Below are positions 50,992 through 61,272 of a stretch of 64,000 nucleotides of DNA, piece after piece. The DNA comes from Flavobacteriales bacterium. Its GTDB lineage: Bacteria; Bacteroidota; Bacteroidia; Flavobacteriales_F; PHOS-HE28. Position 1 is the first letter of the stretch, and every line of letters starts with the position of its first letter. The notes beneath the pieces were generated by a model that did not search any database, was not told the DNA's origin, and saw only the letters and a list, made by a program, of their open reading frames with translations. A program made the position numbers and the translations under genes. The DNA lies in NCBI GenBank assembly GCA_041391785.1, contig JAWKNI010000015.1, positions 8,398 through 72,397 of the forward strand. Reading direction: 5' to 3'.

Positions 50992-52230
50992 TCATTCAGG
51001 GCGCGCCCTGTCCACAATGATCAATGGGAGACATGGTTCATGAACACCAGAAGCCCTCTGGATCAAATACGTTCCAGGTCGCACCTGTCCAAATGGGATG
51101 ACTCCCCCGGATGGTACTCGCCAGCTACCGACGATCGATCCGTCCAGGGTCAGCATGTTGACGATGGTAGGTCGACCACTCTCATCACTGATCCTTACCA
51201 CTTCACAGGCGCCTGCTGGATTGGGGTATATGGAGAACGATGAGTTGCCCTTCCGATCCTGAATTCCAACATCATCCGGCTTGACCAATTCCCAAAGGTC
51301 CGCTCTGCTCGAATTGTCGGTGAGCAACCAACCAAGGCCACCGAACGAACGTTGACCAATGGTGAAACTGGTCCCGGCCAGGCTGCTCTCGCCTGGGTAT
51401 TGCAGTGAGATCGTCCATTGGTCGGTGATACGATTGTACACCCACACATCGAAGAAGTTCTCCGATTCATCCCGGCCGCATCCGACGACGGCAATACTGC
51501 CGAATGTAAAGGCCATCTGTGAGGAACGTGGCCCACCCGGAAATGGTGCGAGTGATGACCATGTTTGAGTGATAGGGTCGAACTCCCATAGGTCGTTCGA
51601 GTAGAACTGGTCGGACTCCTTTCCACCAACGACATAGCCCTTTCCATTCATGATGAATGACGATGTGCCATGTCTGGCGAGGTCCGGAATGGTCGCGCTC
51701 TGGGACCATGAATCGGTCAAGGGTTCATAGCTCCAGGAATCGGTCAGAAAAGGCCCCGCACTCGAACCGACATTACCCGTTCCTACGTAACCCTTGCCAT
51801 TGAGCGCGAAGTGAAAAGTTCCGTAACGTGCCTGACCGGGGAAAGCGGCCTTCTCAGTCCAAGAATCCGTGACCGGATCATACTCCCAAAGGTCACTCAA
51901 CTTGGTGGATGTCCCTGTTAGACCGCAGGCCACATAGCCCTTGCCATTGATCGAAAAGGCCGCAGCTAAACGACGACCGACCGGGATATCGGCCTTCGTT
52001 GTCCACGTATCAAGGTCAGGGTCGTAGCACCACATTTCCGTGCGATCGACATTTCCGAGGCGACCGGCGACCACATACGCCAACCCATCGATGACAAAGG
52101 TCGATGCGCCCCATCGCCCCACCGGCATGGATGTCTTCTCTTCCCAAAGGAATTGCTGAGCTTGAACATTGGTTGCAAGTGGCAGGGCACCGAGCACTGT
52201 CGCGATGGTCCACAATGATCTGGCGTTCAT
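50992..52230 (-). CDS. Kelch-repeat beta-propeller protein with T9SS-like CTD
   Basis: Six repeats F.I.GKGYV..G...LWEYDP.TDSW; FSIYPNPAG...PGTYLI. Confidence 0.85.
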   Translation of the reverse strand: MNARSLWTIATVLGALPLATNVQAQQFLWEEKTSMPVGRWGASTFVIDGLAYVVAGRLGNVDRTEMWCYDPDLDTWTTKADIPVGRRLAAAFSINGKGYVACGLTGTSTKLSDLWEYDPVTDSWTEKAAFPGQARYGTFHFALNGKGYVGTGNVGSSAGPFLTDSWSYEPLTDSWSQSATIPDLARHGTSSFIMNGKGYVVGGKESDQFYSNDLWEFDPITQTWSSLAPFPGGPRSSQMAFTFGSIAVVGCGRDESENFFDVWVYNRITDQWTISLQYPGESSLAGTSFTIGQRSFGGLGWLLTDNSSRADLWELVKPDDVGIQDRKGNSSFSIYPNPAGACEVVRISDESGRPTIVNMLTLDGSIVGSWRVPSGGVIPFGQVRPGTYLIQRASGVHEPCLPLIIVDRARPE

Positions 52231-52289
52231 TCGGTCTTGTTCTCCGTTCTCTGAACAAAGTACGGAAAGTCGGCAACCACAGGTCGGTG

Positions 52290-52955
52290 CTACACCGGGC
52301 TTTCCCGGATCGCGAAACTCAGGAAGCGATCGGTCTCATGCGTCAGCAGGATCATCTCCCAGTCGTGTTGAACGCAGAATTCATGCACGGCCTCGACCAC
52401 TCCGTACCGAACGCCACCGTCGTAATTGGCAGTGCTGTAATCATGCCCTGCAATGATGCCTCCCGTTCTCACTTTCGTCCTGGCGATCCTCAGCTCCGCC
52501 GCGGTCACATCGTATCCGTGGTCGGTATCGATGTAGATCCAATCGAAATAACCCTCAGCATAGCGGGGAAGTACGTCCGTTGACAACCCAAGGTCAAGAG
52601 ACACTTGACCAGAGGCGATCTGAGAAGCGAACCGGTCACGTACCATTGCCTCCAGACCACCGTGGTACCTGGCACTGGCCCACATGTCGATCAGGTGGAG
52701 CTTCGCAGGCTGTGTGATGTCGAGGATCATCTGCGAGAACCCCCCTCTATCGACACCTGCTTCGGCCACGATCCCGCCTTTGGGCAAGGCCTCGAGAAAA
52801 GCCCTGCGATCAAGCACCACTTTCAGGTTGCGGATATGCTTTTCCTGAAGCTCGACCTTGGGGATGCGTGCGGATCTTCTGCGACGCACGGAACCGTGGA
52901 TCCGGTCCAACAACCTGAACAATGGTCTGCCGATGTATTTGCCGATGATGGCCAT
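52290..52955 (-). CDS. Class I SAM-dependent methyltransferase (Methyltransf_24-like)
   Basis: AEAGVDRG, LIDMW, DWIYIDTDH, GIIAGHDY. Confidence 0.85.
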   Translation of the reverse strand: MAIIGKYIGRPLFRLLDRIHGSVRRRRSARIPKVELQEKHIRNLKVVLDRRAFLEALPKGGIVAEAGVDRGGFSQMILDITQPAKLHLIDMWASARYHGGLEAMVRDRFASQIASGQVSLDLGLSTDVLPRYAEGYFDWIYIDTDHGYDVTAAELRIARTKVRTGGIIAGHDYSTANYDGGVRYGVVEAVHEFCVQHDWEMILLTHETDRFLSFAIRESPV

Positions 52956-53041
52956 GTGTACCGCCCACGCGGAGGGCAAATGTCGGACTTGTCCATCGCC
53001 CTGCCATGCGTGATGATGCCGACCGAGTACCTTTCCACCGC

Positions 53042-53758
53042 ATGGACGCCCGAATACCGAGCACAGAACGGATACAGGAGTACTACGATGGCCACGCCAA
53101 GCAGGTGCAGGCACGCACCGGTGTCAACCGGCGGCACCGCAGCATCATTCGCCGCTTGGAGAGGACAGGACTGTTGCCCTACCACAGTGTATTGGAGATC
53201 GGTTGTGGGATCGGACAGTTGAGCGGCCTGCTTTCTCCCCGTGTGCCGCGCGGTTCTGTCCGCTCGGTGGACATCAGTCCGAAAGCCGTGGCCATTGCAA
53301 GGGAAAGGTGCCGCGACCGGAGGAATATCACCTTCGAGGTCGGTGATATGAGCGATTTCCGAAGTAAGCAGCGATTCGATCGTGTCGTACTGCCCGATGT
53401 GCTGGAGCACATACCGGAGGAAGGTCATGATCGGCTCTTCGGAACGATCGCGGATCATCTTTCACCGGGTGGTGCGGTTTGCATCCATATTCCTGATCCC
53501 GAGGCCATTCACTGGGCACGCAGGGAACGTCCGGACCTGTTGCAGATCGTCGATCAACCATTGGACATCCGCCTCATGGCGAACCGGTTCGCACAGCACG
53601 GTCTTCAGTTGCAGCAATTCGAGCGTTACGGGCTTTGGACGCGTGAACCGGATTACAATTGGATCGTGTTCGGGCGGGCTGTGGAACACCCTGTACTGAC
53701 CCCGTATCCGCGTTGGTGGCAGCTGTGGAAGGAGCTGCGCTCTCGGTTCGGCTCCTAA
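53042..53758 (+). CDS. Class I SAM-dependent methyltransferase
   Basis: VLEIGCGIG, VDISP, DVLEHIP. Start 53042 or 53006. Confidence 0.88.
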   Translation: MDARIPSTERIQEYYDGHAKQVQARTGVNRRHRSIIRRLERTGLLPYHSVLEIGCGIGQLSGLLSPRVPRGSVRSVDISPKAVAIARERCRDRRNITFEVGDMSDFRSKQRFDRVVLPDVLEHIPEEGHDRLFGTIADHLSPGGAVCIHIPDPEAIHWARRERPDLLQIVDQPLDIRLMANRFAQHGLQLQQFERYGLWTREPDYNWIVFGRAVEHPVLTPYPRWWQLWKELRSRFGS

Positions 53759-54852
53759 CAGGTGGAGAAGGCGTCGAGGATCTGCAACAACGACCGCTCG
53801 CGCTCCTGTTCACCAAAACGGCTCGCGATCCGTTCCCGAGCTGCATGGCTGCGCGTTTCCCGCTCGGAGGGTGGCAGTGCAAGCGCCTGGGCCAATACCA
53901 GGCCAAGCTCCTTCGCGTCGCGGCGCTGGCAGAGGAAGCCGACATCGCCACAGATCGAAGGCATCGCGGCCATGGACGATGTGATCGGAATGCAATTGCA
54001 GAGCATTGCTTCACACAGGGCATTCGGAAAACCTTCCATCACGGACACCTGCATGTAATAGCGGGCCTTTGAGAACAACGCACGCAATCCTTCAGGGTCC
54101 ATACGACCCTCCACATTGACATTTGCCGGAAGGTCGGTGTATGAGTGCGGCCGGCTGCTACCCACCACTGTGAATCGCGCATGTGGCAGGTCACGTGCGC
54201 ATTGCAGGATGAGATCGATACCCTTCCGGTAGTGCACGGCATTGCCGGAGGCGGCACCACCCGCCACGCACACGAACAGGTCCTCCTCGCGATCAATACC
54301 AAGGACTGGTTTCCAGTGATCCACATCGAATCCGTACGGGACCACTGTCCAGGGAGTGTAGAGGTCGGGCACGAACGCATGTATGCCCTGGTGAACTGGG
54401 GAGGCAGGGTCGTAGGTCTGATGAGCATCGATCAGAGTGGCATCCACGGGCAACAGGCGGGTGGCTCGTTTTGCACTGAGCCCGGTCGCCTTCCCGTAGA
54501 GCGATTTTCTGAAGTTGCCGTAGTTGAAACCCGGAAAACATGCGCCATCACTACCGGCCAAAATGACGAAGCACCGACGTGCCAGCAACGCTGGAAGCAA
54601 GCTGTGGTATCCACTGAAATGACAGACCGCGTCGTATTTCCAGGCGGCGTGCCGGATCAGGAAGATGAACTGTCCGATCAAACGGAACGGCAATAGCAGA
54701 TCACTGCCTTTCAGCAATTCATGCGTCACCACATGGTAGTGCCGCGAAAGAAGTTCGATGTCACGTTGGATGAAGACGGCGGACCTGGGATACAGGTACA
54801 GGAGTTTCTTCCTGCGCCCGTCCGTGGATCCACTTCCCTTCCTCCCCTTCAC
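53755..54852 (-). CDS. Glycosyltransferase family 4
   Basis: QVSVMEGFPNALCEAMLCNCIPI. GTG start overlapping the upstream stop is inferred. Confidence 0.85.
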   Translation of the reverse strand: MKGRKGSGSTDGRRKKLLYLYPRSAVFIQRDIELLSRHYHVVTHELLKGSDLLLPFRLIGQFIFLIRHAAWKYDAVCHFSGYHSLLPALLARRCFVILAGSDGACFPGFNYGNFRKSLYGKATGLSAKRATRLLPVDATLIDAHQTYDPASPVHQGIHAFVPDLYTPWTVVPYGFDVDHWKPVLGIDREEDLFVCVAGGAASGNAVHYRKGIDLILQCARDLPHARFTVVGSSRPHSYTDLPANVNVEGRMDPEGLRALFSKARYYMQVSVMEGFPNALCEAMLCNCIPITSSMAAMPSICGDVGFLCQRRDAKELGLVLAQALALPPSERETRSHAARERIASRFGEQERERSLLQILDAFSTC

Positions 54853-55256
54853 CGCACCCAGGTCTGCGTTCTGAAAAAGAAGGCCACGTACCCGCGCACT
54901 TTCAGCGCGCCGTCCTCCGACCAAAGTTTGCAATCGTAGATCTTGCCGGTCTCCGGGTCCAGGATGGTGCCGTCGGTCCACTCATCGCCATCGGGCCTCA
55001 TGCCGCGAATGATCTGGAGGCCCACGATCGGGCGGTCCTTGCGATCATCGGGGCATTTGGTGCAGACCTTGTCGGCTTTGCTCTTGTCGTACACATCAAC
55101 GATGCGGCCCGTGGCGACGCCCTGCGAGATGTCTATCTCCACCACCGAGCGCTTCCTGCCCGTGTTGTCATCGATCGTGGTCCATCGACCGCTGATGTCC
55201 TGCGCGGGCAGGGCGGTGCACAAAAGTGTCGAGAGAAGAAGAACAGCGTGTGTCAT
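54849..55256 (-). CDS. DUF2147 domain protein
   Basis: GRWTTIDD, GTILDPETGKIY.C, LKVRGY...RTQTW.R. Confidence 0.9.
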   Translation of the reverse strand: MTHAVLLLSTLLCTALPAQDISGRWTTIDDNTGRKRSVVEIDISQGVATGRIVDVYDKSKADKVCTKCPDDRKDRPIVGLQIIRGMRPDGDEWTDGTILDPETGKIYDCKLWSEDGALKVRGYVAFFFRTQTWVR

Positions 55257-55259
55257 CGA

Positions 55260-58200
55260 TCAAAAGCTTCGGCCGATGGCGAGCACATACCGGAAGGCCA
55301 GGTTGTCCGTTTCGGTCGCCGGGAGGGAGGAGAGGAGTAGCGGCATGTCGAAGCGGATGGTGAGCGGTTCGATGTCCACCAACGGACCGAATCGTTTTAT
55401 CGTGAGTGCGGCACCGACACCTGCATCCGCTCTGGGCGCTGCGAAACGGATACGCTCGCGTCCTTCCGGAAAGCTACGATAGGCCATGCTGCCGATGTCA
55501 CCGAACAGGTACACGTCCATGTGCAACCAGCGCGCGGTGAGTCGAGGGCGCAAGGGGATGAATCCGTCCAGGTCCAGTTCCCCGCTGGCCGCCGCACCGG
55601 TATTGCCGATGTAGGTAAGGATCACATCCCCTTCATCGTTCACTTCCGGTGCGAGGTAGCCCGCATAGCCACGAAGGCCGAGCCCACCGCCGAAATGGAT
55701 GTGTTGCACGCTCGCACCAAGACCGGTCCATTCGTATGGCACGAACCCGACGCTTCGCATGTACTTGTTCTCCATCATTTCCTCCGGTGAGCCACCGGCC
55801 AGGTACAGGGCACTTTCACGAGGAGTATCGCCGGTACCGTATTGGCCCATGATCCGTGTACGGAACTGCATGGGTCCCAGGTCGGTGAGGTTCACCGCGG
55901 TCAAGCGGAGCTGTGCATAATTCGAAGCCGATCCCACAGCGCTGTTCCGCAGGTCGACCGCAAGCTTCCCCTGGCCCATCGGATGGCGGTAGGTGTGTTC
56001 GGCCCGCACGTTGAATGTGCCGTTCGTTCGGCCGGGCTCCCATTGATCGGGGTAGAGCAGGTAGGTGAGGTCGGTGCTGTCCTTTCGGATCATGTATCGC
56101 AGGTCGGCGGTAAGGGTGGTCCGCTCGTTGGGCAGCTGCCATGTCCAACCACCGCCGTAACGTTCAAGCCCGTCCAGCACACGGGCCAGCAGGAACACGG
56201 AAGAACCTTTTGCGATCTTCTCGGTCCCGTTCTCGTAGCGAAAATTGAAGGAGAAGGGATCATAGCCCGTGTCCTTGTTGCCTGGGATGCTGTCCATGCG
56301 TGCACGGTTGGTGGGGGGCAGGTACTGTCCCATGCCCGTGTTGAGCCAGCCGCTGAAATGGACCCGGTGCTTGTACTTGAGGTAACTGCTGTTCACATGC
56401 ACCCCTGCCTTCACTCCATCGTATCCGTTCCACCACAGGTCCGGCCGCACGAAGGCCTCGTAGGTGCGCCGATCGGGCCTGTTGCGGATGTGGTGATCGA
56501 AGGACACGGTGATGGGCATGCGCAGGCGATCGTTCAGCTTGTACGCATCCCCGAGGCGGTCGGTGGTGTCTATGCGTACATCCGCGATGCCTGAAGGGAT
56601 GCTGAGATGCGCCACATAGTCCCGTGCCAGTGCATCGTACCCGATCCATCGTGGCAGGATGGTGGCATTGGTCCGTTTCTCGAACCACGTGTTCGGGATG
56701 TGAAGATCATGCGTCGTTCCATCACGGGCGATCACGTGCAGGTCGATGGGCATCTGCAGATCACCGACACGGCGCAGGTGCACCTCCTGGCCCGTATCGC
56801 GGTTCTTGTGCTTCACACGCCTTACCGCATAATCGATGCGTTTGTCCGTCTCGATCCATTGGTCGAAGAACCAGTTGAGGTCCACCTTCGTGTGGTCGAT
56901 GAAGCTCTGTCGCATGTCCTCAGGATAGGGATGGCACATGCGCCATTGATCGAAATAGTGCTGCATGGCGGACAGGAACAATGAGTCGCCCAGCACGTAC
57001 TGCAGGTTGTACAGCATCACCGCGGTCTTCACGTACACATGGCCGAAGCCCCTGCCGAGTCCTTTCACATGCTCGAATTCATCGCTGTGCGTGTTGATCG
57101 GGGGCAGTTGATCGCGGACCGCATCGCGCTGGTAGCCGTAATACACCTCTTCTTCGCGAGCGAGTGAAGGCAGGGTATACCGTTGCGCATATCGTCCTTT
57201 CGGTGGTTCGGTCACCATGGTATCGCCATCGATGTGTTCCAATCCCCAGGCGGTCAGGAATTGCGTGAATCCTTCATCGAGCATGGCCCGGTAGGTCTCG
57301 TTGTTGCCGACCATTCCGAAGAACCAGTTGTGCCCTACCTCATGCGCGAACAGACCGCGGTAATAGGGGTCACGCCCACCATCCAGGGTCAGCATGGGAT
57401 ATTCCATGCCGTCGCGCGCGTCGGCAACCACCATTTTCGGGTAGGCGTACATGCCGAAGTCCGTGCTGAAGCAGGCAATGATGCGCGCGGTATATGCGGC
57501 GGCGTTCTGCCAACCGGCGGCGTGCGGTTCCTGCACCACGGCAACGCACCTGATGCCGTTCCATTCGGCCTCCCCGATCCGATAGGTCGGGTCCGCCGTG
57601 AATGCGAAGTCGTGCACGTTCTCCGCGTGGAACCTCCAGATCCGGCGCTTGGTGGGGTCGGGTTCCAGGATCACGGAAGGTTTCTCATTCCATGGCTTGT
57701 CCTTGAAGTTGGTGATGTCCAATCGTGCGCGCAGGTCCGGCGGCAGCACGGTCTCCGGATCCTGCAGGGTACCTGTGGCCTCCACGATGTATTGGTGCGG
57801 CATGTCAAGCTCCACATCATAGGTGCCGAAATCACCGTAGAACTCGTTCCCAAGGTGTTGCTGGGTGTCCCATCCGAACTTCCGGTCATACACGGCGATG
57901 CGCGGATACCAGTGCACGCCGTCGTAATGTTTCGATCCCCAGGCATTGAAGAGTTTCATGCGGCGGGGCAGCCCCATGGCCCAATGGGTGGTGAAGGGAA
58001 TTCGGAAGGTGGTGCGCTCGCCGGGTGCGAGCGGGTCCTTGAGCCATACCTTCAGGACCGTATCGTCCTGCTCGGTACGCAAGGTGTCATCGTTCCCCAG
58101 CACGTGGGCCACGCGGGTTCCGGCATACGGCATGTCGCGATAACGCCTCATGTCCATGCCACTGTCGGACATTTTTCGCTCCAGGTACGAGCCGTTCACA

Positions 58201-58487
58201 TAAGCTTCCTGGTAAAGATGGAAGAACACGTGGCGCAAGGTGTCCGGTGAATTGTTGTGGTAGTAGAGGGTCGCCTCGCCGGCCACAAGGTCCTCGGCAT
58301 CATCCAGTCGGGCTTTGAGGAGGTAATGCACATCCTGCTGCCAGTAACCCGGGTAGGGCGCACGATTCTTCCAGTAGTGTGGGTTGTCCGCGTTCCGATA
58401 CGTGTTCGGAGGTCGGGTGGGATCGAAGGGTTGCGCAAGCAACGTACCCACCGCCATGAGGAACAAAAGCAAGGTCAGCGGTCGCAT
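55260..58487 (-). CDS. M1 family metallo-aminopeptidase with long C-terminal beta-rich extension
   Basis: GMEYP, AHEVGHNW (HEXXH), DEGF; C-terminus ends YVLAIGRSF. Confidence 0.88.
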   Translation of the reverse strand: MRPLTLLLFLMAVGTLLAQPFDPTRPPNTYRNADNPHYWKNRAPYPGYWQQDVHYLLKARLDDAEDLVAGEATLYYHNNSPDTLRHVFFHLYQEAYVNGSYLERKMSDSGMDMRRYRDMPYAGTRVAHVLGNDDTLRTEQDDTVLKVWLKDPLAPGERTTFRIPFTTHWAMGLPRRMKLFNAWGSKHYDGVHWYPRIAVYDRKFGWDTQQHLGNEFYGDFGTYDVELDMPHQYIVEATGTLQDPETVLPPDLRARLDITNFKDKPWNEKPSVILEPDPTKRRIWRFHAENVHDFAFTADPTYRIGEAEWNGIRCVAVVQEPHAAGWQNAAAYTARIIACFSTDFGMYAYPKMVVADARDGMEYPMLTLDGGRDPYYRGLFAHEVGHNWFFGMVGNNETYRAMLDEGFTQFLTAWGLEHIDGDTMVTEPPKGRYAQRYTLPSLAREEEVYYGYQRDAVRDQLPPINTHSDEFEHVKGLGRGFGHVYVKTAVMLYNLQYVLGDSLFLSAMQHYFDQWRMCHPYPEDMRQSFIDHTKVDLNWFFDQWIETDKRIDYAVRRVKHKNRDTGQEVHLRRVGDLQMPIDLHVIARDGTTHDLHIPNTWFEKRTNATILPRWIGYDALARDYVAHLSIPSGIADVRIDTTDRLGDAYKLNDRLRMPITVSFDHHIRNRPDRRTYEAFVRPDLWWNGYDGVKAGVHVNSSYLKYKHRVHFSGWLNTGMGQYLPPTNRARMDSIPGNKDTGYDPFSFNFRYENGTEKIAKGSSVFLLARVLDGLERYGGGWTWQLPNERTTLTADLRYMIRKDSTDLTYLLYPDQWEPGRTNGTFNVRAEHTYRHPMGQGKLAVDLRNSAVGSASNYAQLRLTAVNLTDLGPMQFRTRIMGQYGTGDTPRESALYLAGGSPEEMMENKYMRSVGFVPYEWTGLGASVQHIHFGGGLGLRGYAGYLAPEVNDEGDVILTYIGNTGAAASGELDLDGFIPLRPRLTARWLHMDVYLFGDIGSMAYRSFPEGRERIRFAAPRADAGVGAALTIKRFGPLVDIEPLTIRFDMPLLLSSLPATETDNLAFRYVLAIGRSF

Positions 58488-58530
58488 GGCACCAAGTTAT
58501 CCGTTCCGGGCCTTGGTGGGCGCACCGCGG

Positions 58531-59475
58531 TCAACGTACCTGCAGATGTCCACTACGCATTGCGCGCGCCCTGGCGATCGCGGTGTTCAGTTCGTACCCG
58601 ATGAGCAGCGCGATCATGTTGAGGTAGATCCAAAGCTGCACGGCGAGAATGGCGCCGATGGAGCCGTACAGCGCGTTATAATCCGTGATGTTCGTGAACA
58701 CGAAAGCAAGCCCTTGGGACACGAGCAGTACCAGGATCATGGCCAGCAAGGCCCCTGGTGTGAACAGCTTGAATCGTCGGGAGGTCGGGTCACCGGCCGC
58801 GTAGAGCAAGGAGACGAACATCAGAACGAGGAGCGTGGAAACAAGCCACTTGGCCGTGTACACCGCGAAGACCTGGAGGTTGTTCGCGAAGAAGTCGATC
58901 TCCGCCAATTGTTGAATGCCGATCCCACTGAGTGTAAGTACCGGGATTGCGATGATCCCCAGCACGGGAAGGGCCAGAAGCAGGCCCATGCTCAGGAGGC
59001 GCTGCTTGATGGGGCTGTGCCACTTGATGAGGTTGGTGCTCTTGCTGAAGCCCTGCAACACGGCGTCGATGCTGTTGCTCGCGAGGTAGATCCCGACAAG
59101 GAAGCTCACGGAGAGCAGTGTACCGTGCTTCTTCACGAGCAGGTCGTGCAGCGTGTGTTCGATGAATGAGTACACCTCAGCAGGGAGCAGTTCACGAAAG
59201 GTCAGCAGCAACTTGATCTGGAAGTCGTCGATCGGGATGTACGGGATGAGGGTGAGCAGCAGGATCACCGCGGGGAAAAAGGCGATGAACACCTTGAAGG
59301 CGATCGCAGAGGCCCGCATGACGAGTTGCCCTTGCGCCAGGGCTTGGAAGAAGAAGCGTGCGATGTGATACACACTGAACCCCTCGAACCCCGGGAGCAC
59401 GATGCGGTTGGCCCAGCCCAACACCCGCCGGAATGCCCGGGAGTAGAGCACTTTCCGTTTGATACGCTCCAGCAT
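58531..59475 (-). CDS. YihY/virulence factor BrkB family membrane protein
   Basis: ASAIAF, YNALYGSIGA...LWIY...LLIG.ELN. Confidence 0.9.
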   Translation of the reverse strand: MLERIKRKVLYSRAFRRVLGWANRIVLPGFEGFSVYHIARFFFQALAQGQLVMRASAIAFKVFIAFFPAVILLLTLIPYIPIDDFQIKLLLTFRELLPAEVYSFIEHTLHDLLVKKHGTLLSVSFLVGIYLASNSIDAVLQGFSKSTNLIKWHSPIKQRLLSMGLLLALPVLGIIAIPVLTLSGIGIQQLAEIDFFANNLQVFAVYTAKWLVSTLLVLMFVSLLYAAGDPTSRRFKLFTPGALLAMILVLLVSQGLAFVFTNITDYNALYGSIGAILAVQLWIYLNMIALLIGYELNTAIARARAMRSGHLQVR

Positions 59476-60318
59476 CTACAGTGCTTTCAAGCTCAGGTCC
59501 AGGGAAGGTACGCTATGTGTGAGCGCCCCGACGGAGATGTAGTCCACCCCGGTCTCCGCAAAAGCCCTTGCAGTGGCCAGGGTGATGCCGCCGGAGGCTT
59601 CCGTACGCACCTTGCCATCGATCAGTGCAACGGCCCTCCGCAGATCCTCTGGTGTGAAATTATCGAGCATGATCCGGTGCACCCCCCCTGTCTCCAAAAC
59701 CTGCAGGACCTCCTCCAGGTCACGGGTCTCCACCTCGATGGGAAGCTCCAGTGCATTCGCCGCCAGGTAACCGCGCGCAGCGTGGATGGCCTTGGTGATG
59801 CCACCGGCGAGGTCGTTGTGGTTGTCCTTGATCATCACCATGTCGTACAGGCCATGGCGGTGGTTCCGGCCTCCCCCGATACGGACGGCCCACTTTTCCA
59901 CGGCGCGCAGGGTGGGTGTGGTCTTTCGTGTATCCAGCACCTGGCACCCGGTACCGGCCACGGCCTCCACGAAGCGGTGGGTCAGTGTGGCGATACCGCT
60001 CATGCGTTGCATGAAATTGAGGAGCACCCGTTCCACGGTGAGGATGCTTCGCGAAGGCCCCATTACGGTGAACGCGACATCACCGACCTCCACCTTTGCC
60101 CCATCCTGAAGGAAAACGCGTTGCACAAGCCCAGGGTCGAACTCTTCCATAACGGCCTTGGCCATCTCCACCCCGGCCAGGATGCCGTTCTCCTTCACCA
60201 TGAGCCGTGCCGCACCGTGGGCATCGGCAGGGATGGTGGACAAGGAGCTATGGTCACCGGTGCCGATGTCCTCCTGCAGCGCCCGCTGGATAAGTTCTCT
60301 GGTCCCCTCGGGCAGCAC
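59476..60318 (-). CDS. nadC: Nicotinate-nucleotide diphosphorylase (carboxylating)
   Basis: ERVLLNFMQRMSGIAT, DTRKTTP, HRHGLYD..MIKDNH, IEVE, IMLDN, EASGGI, ISVGALTHS. Confidence 0.97.
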   Translation of the reverse strand: MLPEGTRELIQRALQEDIGTGDHSSLSTIPADAHGAARLMVKENGILAGVEMAKAVMEEFDPGLVQRVFLQDGAKVEVGDVAFTVMGPSRSILTVERVLLNFMQRMSGIATLTHRFVEAVAGTGCQVLDTRKTTPTLRAVEKWAVRIGGGRNHRHGLYDMVMIKDNHNDLAGGITKAIHAARGYLAANALELPIEVETRDLEEVLQVLETGGVHRIMLDNFTPEDLRRAVALIDGKVRTEASGGITLATARAFAETGVDYISVGALTHSVPSLDLSLKAL

Positions 60319-60320
60319 GA

Positions 60321-60731
60321 TCAGAAGTCGTTCTTGCTGTTCTCGATGCGCAATTGCTTCACTTCGAAGGTCTCTCCGGACTTCTTCAGGAAGAAGGTGA
60401 CCCGGAAATAGCCCGACCGTGTGCGTAGGATCCCGATGAAGTATTTGTCACCGAACTTGCTCACCCCACTGTGCTCGATCACCAGGTCCACAGGGACATG
60501 TTCATTGAAGAATTTGCGGAGGATCTGTTCCGCCTGTGCCTTGCTGTAAACATCGGCGGCATCCAGGACCGTGAGGTCGATATTCGGAATGAACAGGACC
60601 GCCAGGTCCTTGGAGTTGCCGGCCTTCATGGCCGCCACGACCTGATCCTTGACGGTATCCTGTGCTTGCAGGCCAAGCAGGGGGAACAGGAAAGCGAACA
60701 GGAGTGCCATGCGATTCATCGAACGGTTCAT
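60321..60731 (-). CDS. DUF4783 domain protein
   Basis: Signal peptide; YSKAQAEQILRKFF, FRVTFFLK; conserved position next to nadC. Confidence 0.8.
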   Translation of the reverse strand: MNRSMNRMALLFAFLFPLLGLQAQDTVKDQVVAAMKAGNSKDLAVLFIPNIDLTVLDAADVYSKAQAEQILRKFFNEHVPVDLVIEHSGVSKFGDKYFIGILRTRSGYFRVTFFLKKSGETFEVKQLRIENSKNDF

Positions 60732-60805
60732 TTGTTCCGAAATTTGGCAAATACCGGGCCATTCAACGGAGGCGGGCCGAAGCAGTTACCAACAGGTACA
60801 AGGAT

Positions 60806-61267
60806 ATGAAACTGAGGCTCATTCTGATCGGCCGCACGGAACGGGGCCATGTGGCCGAAGGCGTGGCACACTATGCTGACCGGATCGGCCGGGTCAGAAT
60901 GCTTGAACAGGTCGTTCTGCCGGAAGCCGGTAAGGGTGATCCTGCGTTCCAGCAACGCATTGAGAGTGAGCGCATCCTGGCGGCGTTGCGGCCGGGTGAG
61001 CGTGTGGTCGTGTTGGATGAGCGAGGCATCACGCTCAGCAGCACGGGTTTCGCCGACCGGCTTGGTGCCTGGCGTGATCAAGGTGTGCGGGAGGTGGCCT
61101 TCGTGATCGGTGGAGCTTATGGAATGACGGATGCGGTGCGGGAGCGGGCGGACCTGTTGCTCTCACTGTCCGCAATGACCTTTCCGCATCAACTGGTGCG
61201 CGTGCTCTTCCTGGAGCAATTGTACCGTGCGTTCAGCATTCTTGCGGGTAGCCCTTACCATCATTGA
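60806..61267 (+). CDS. rlmH: 23S rRNA pseudouridine-1915 N3-methyltransferase
   Basis: LDERG, FVIGGAYG, LSLSAMTFPHQLVR..FLEQLYRA, YHH. Confidence 0.96.
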   Translation: MKLRLILIGRTERGHVAEGVAHYADRIGRVRMLEQVVLPEAGKGDPAFQQRIESERILAALRPGERVVVLDERGITLSSTGFADRLGAWRDQGVREVAFVIGGAYGMTDAVRERADLLLSLSAMTFPHQLVRVLFLEQLYRAFSILAGSPYHH

Positions 61268-61272
61268 GCGCA

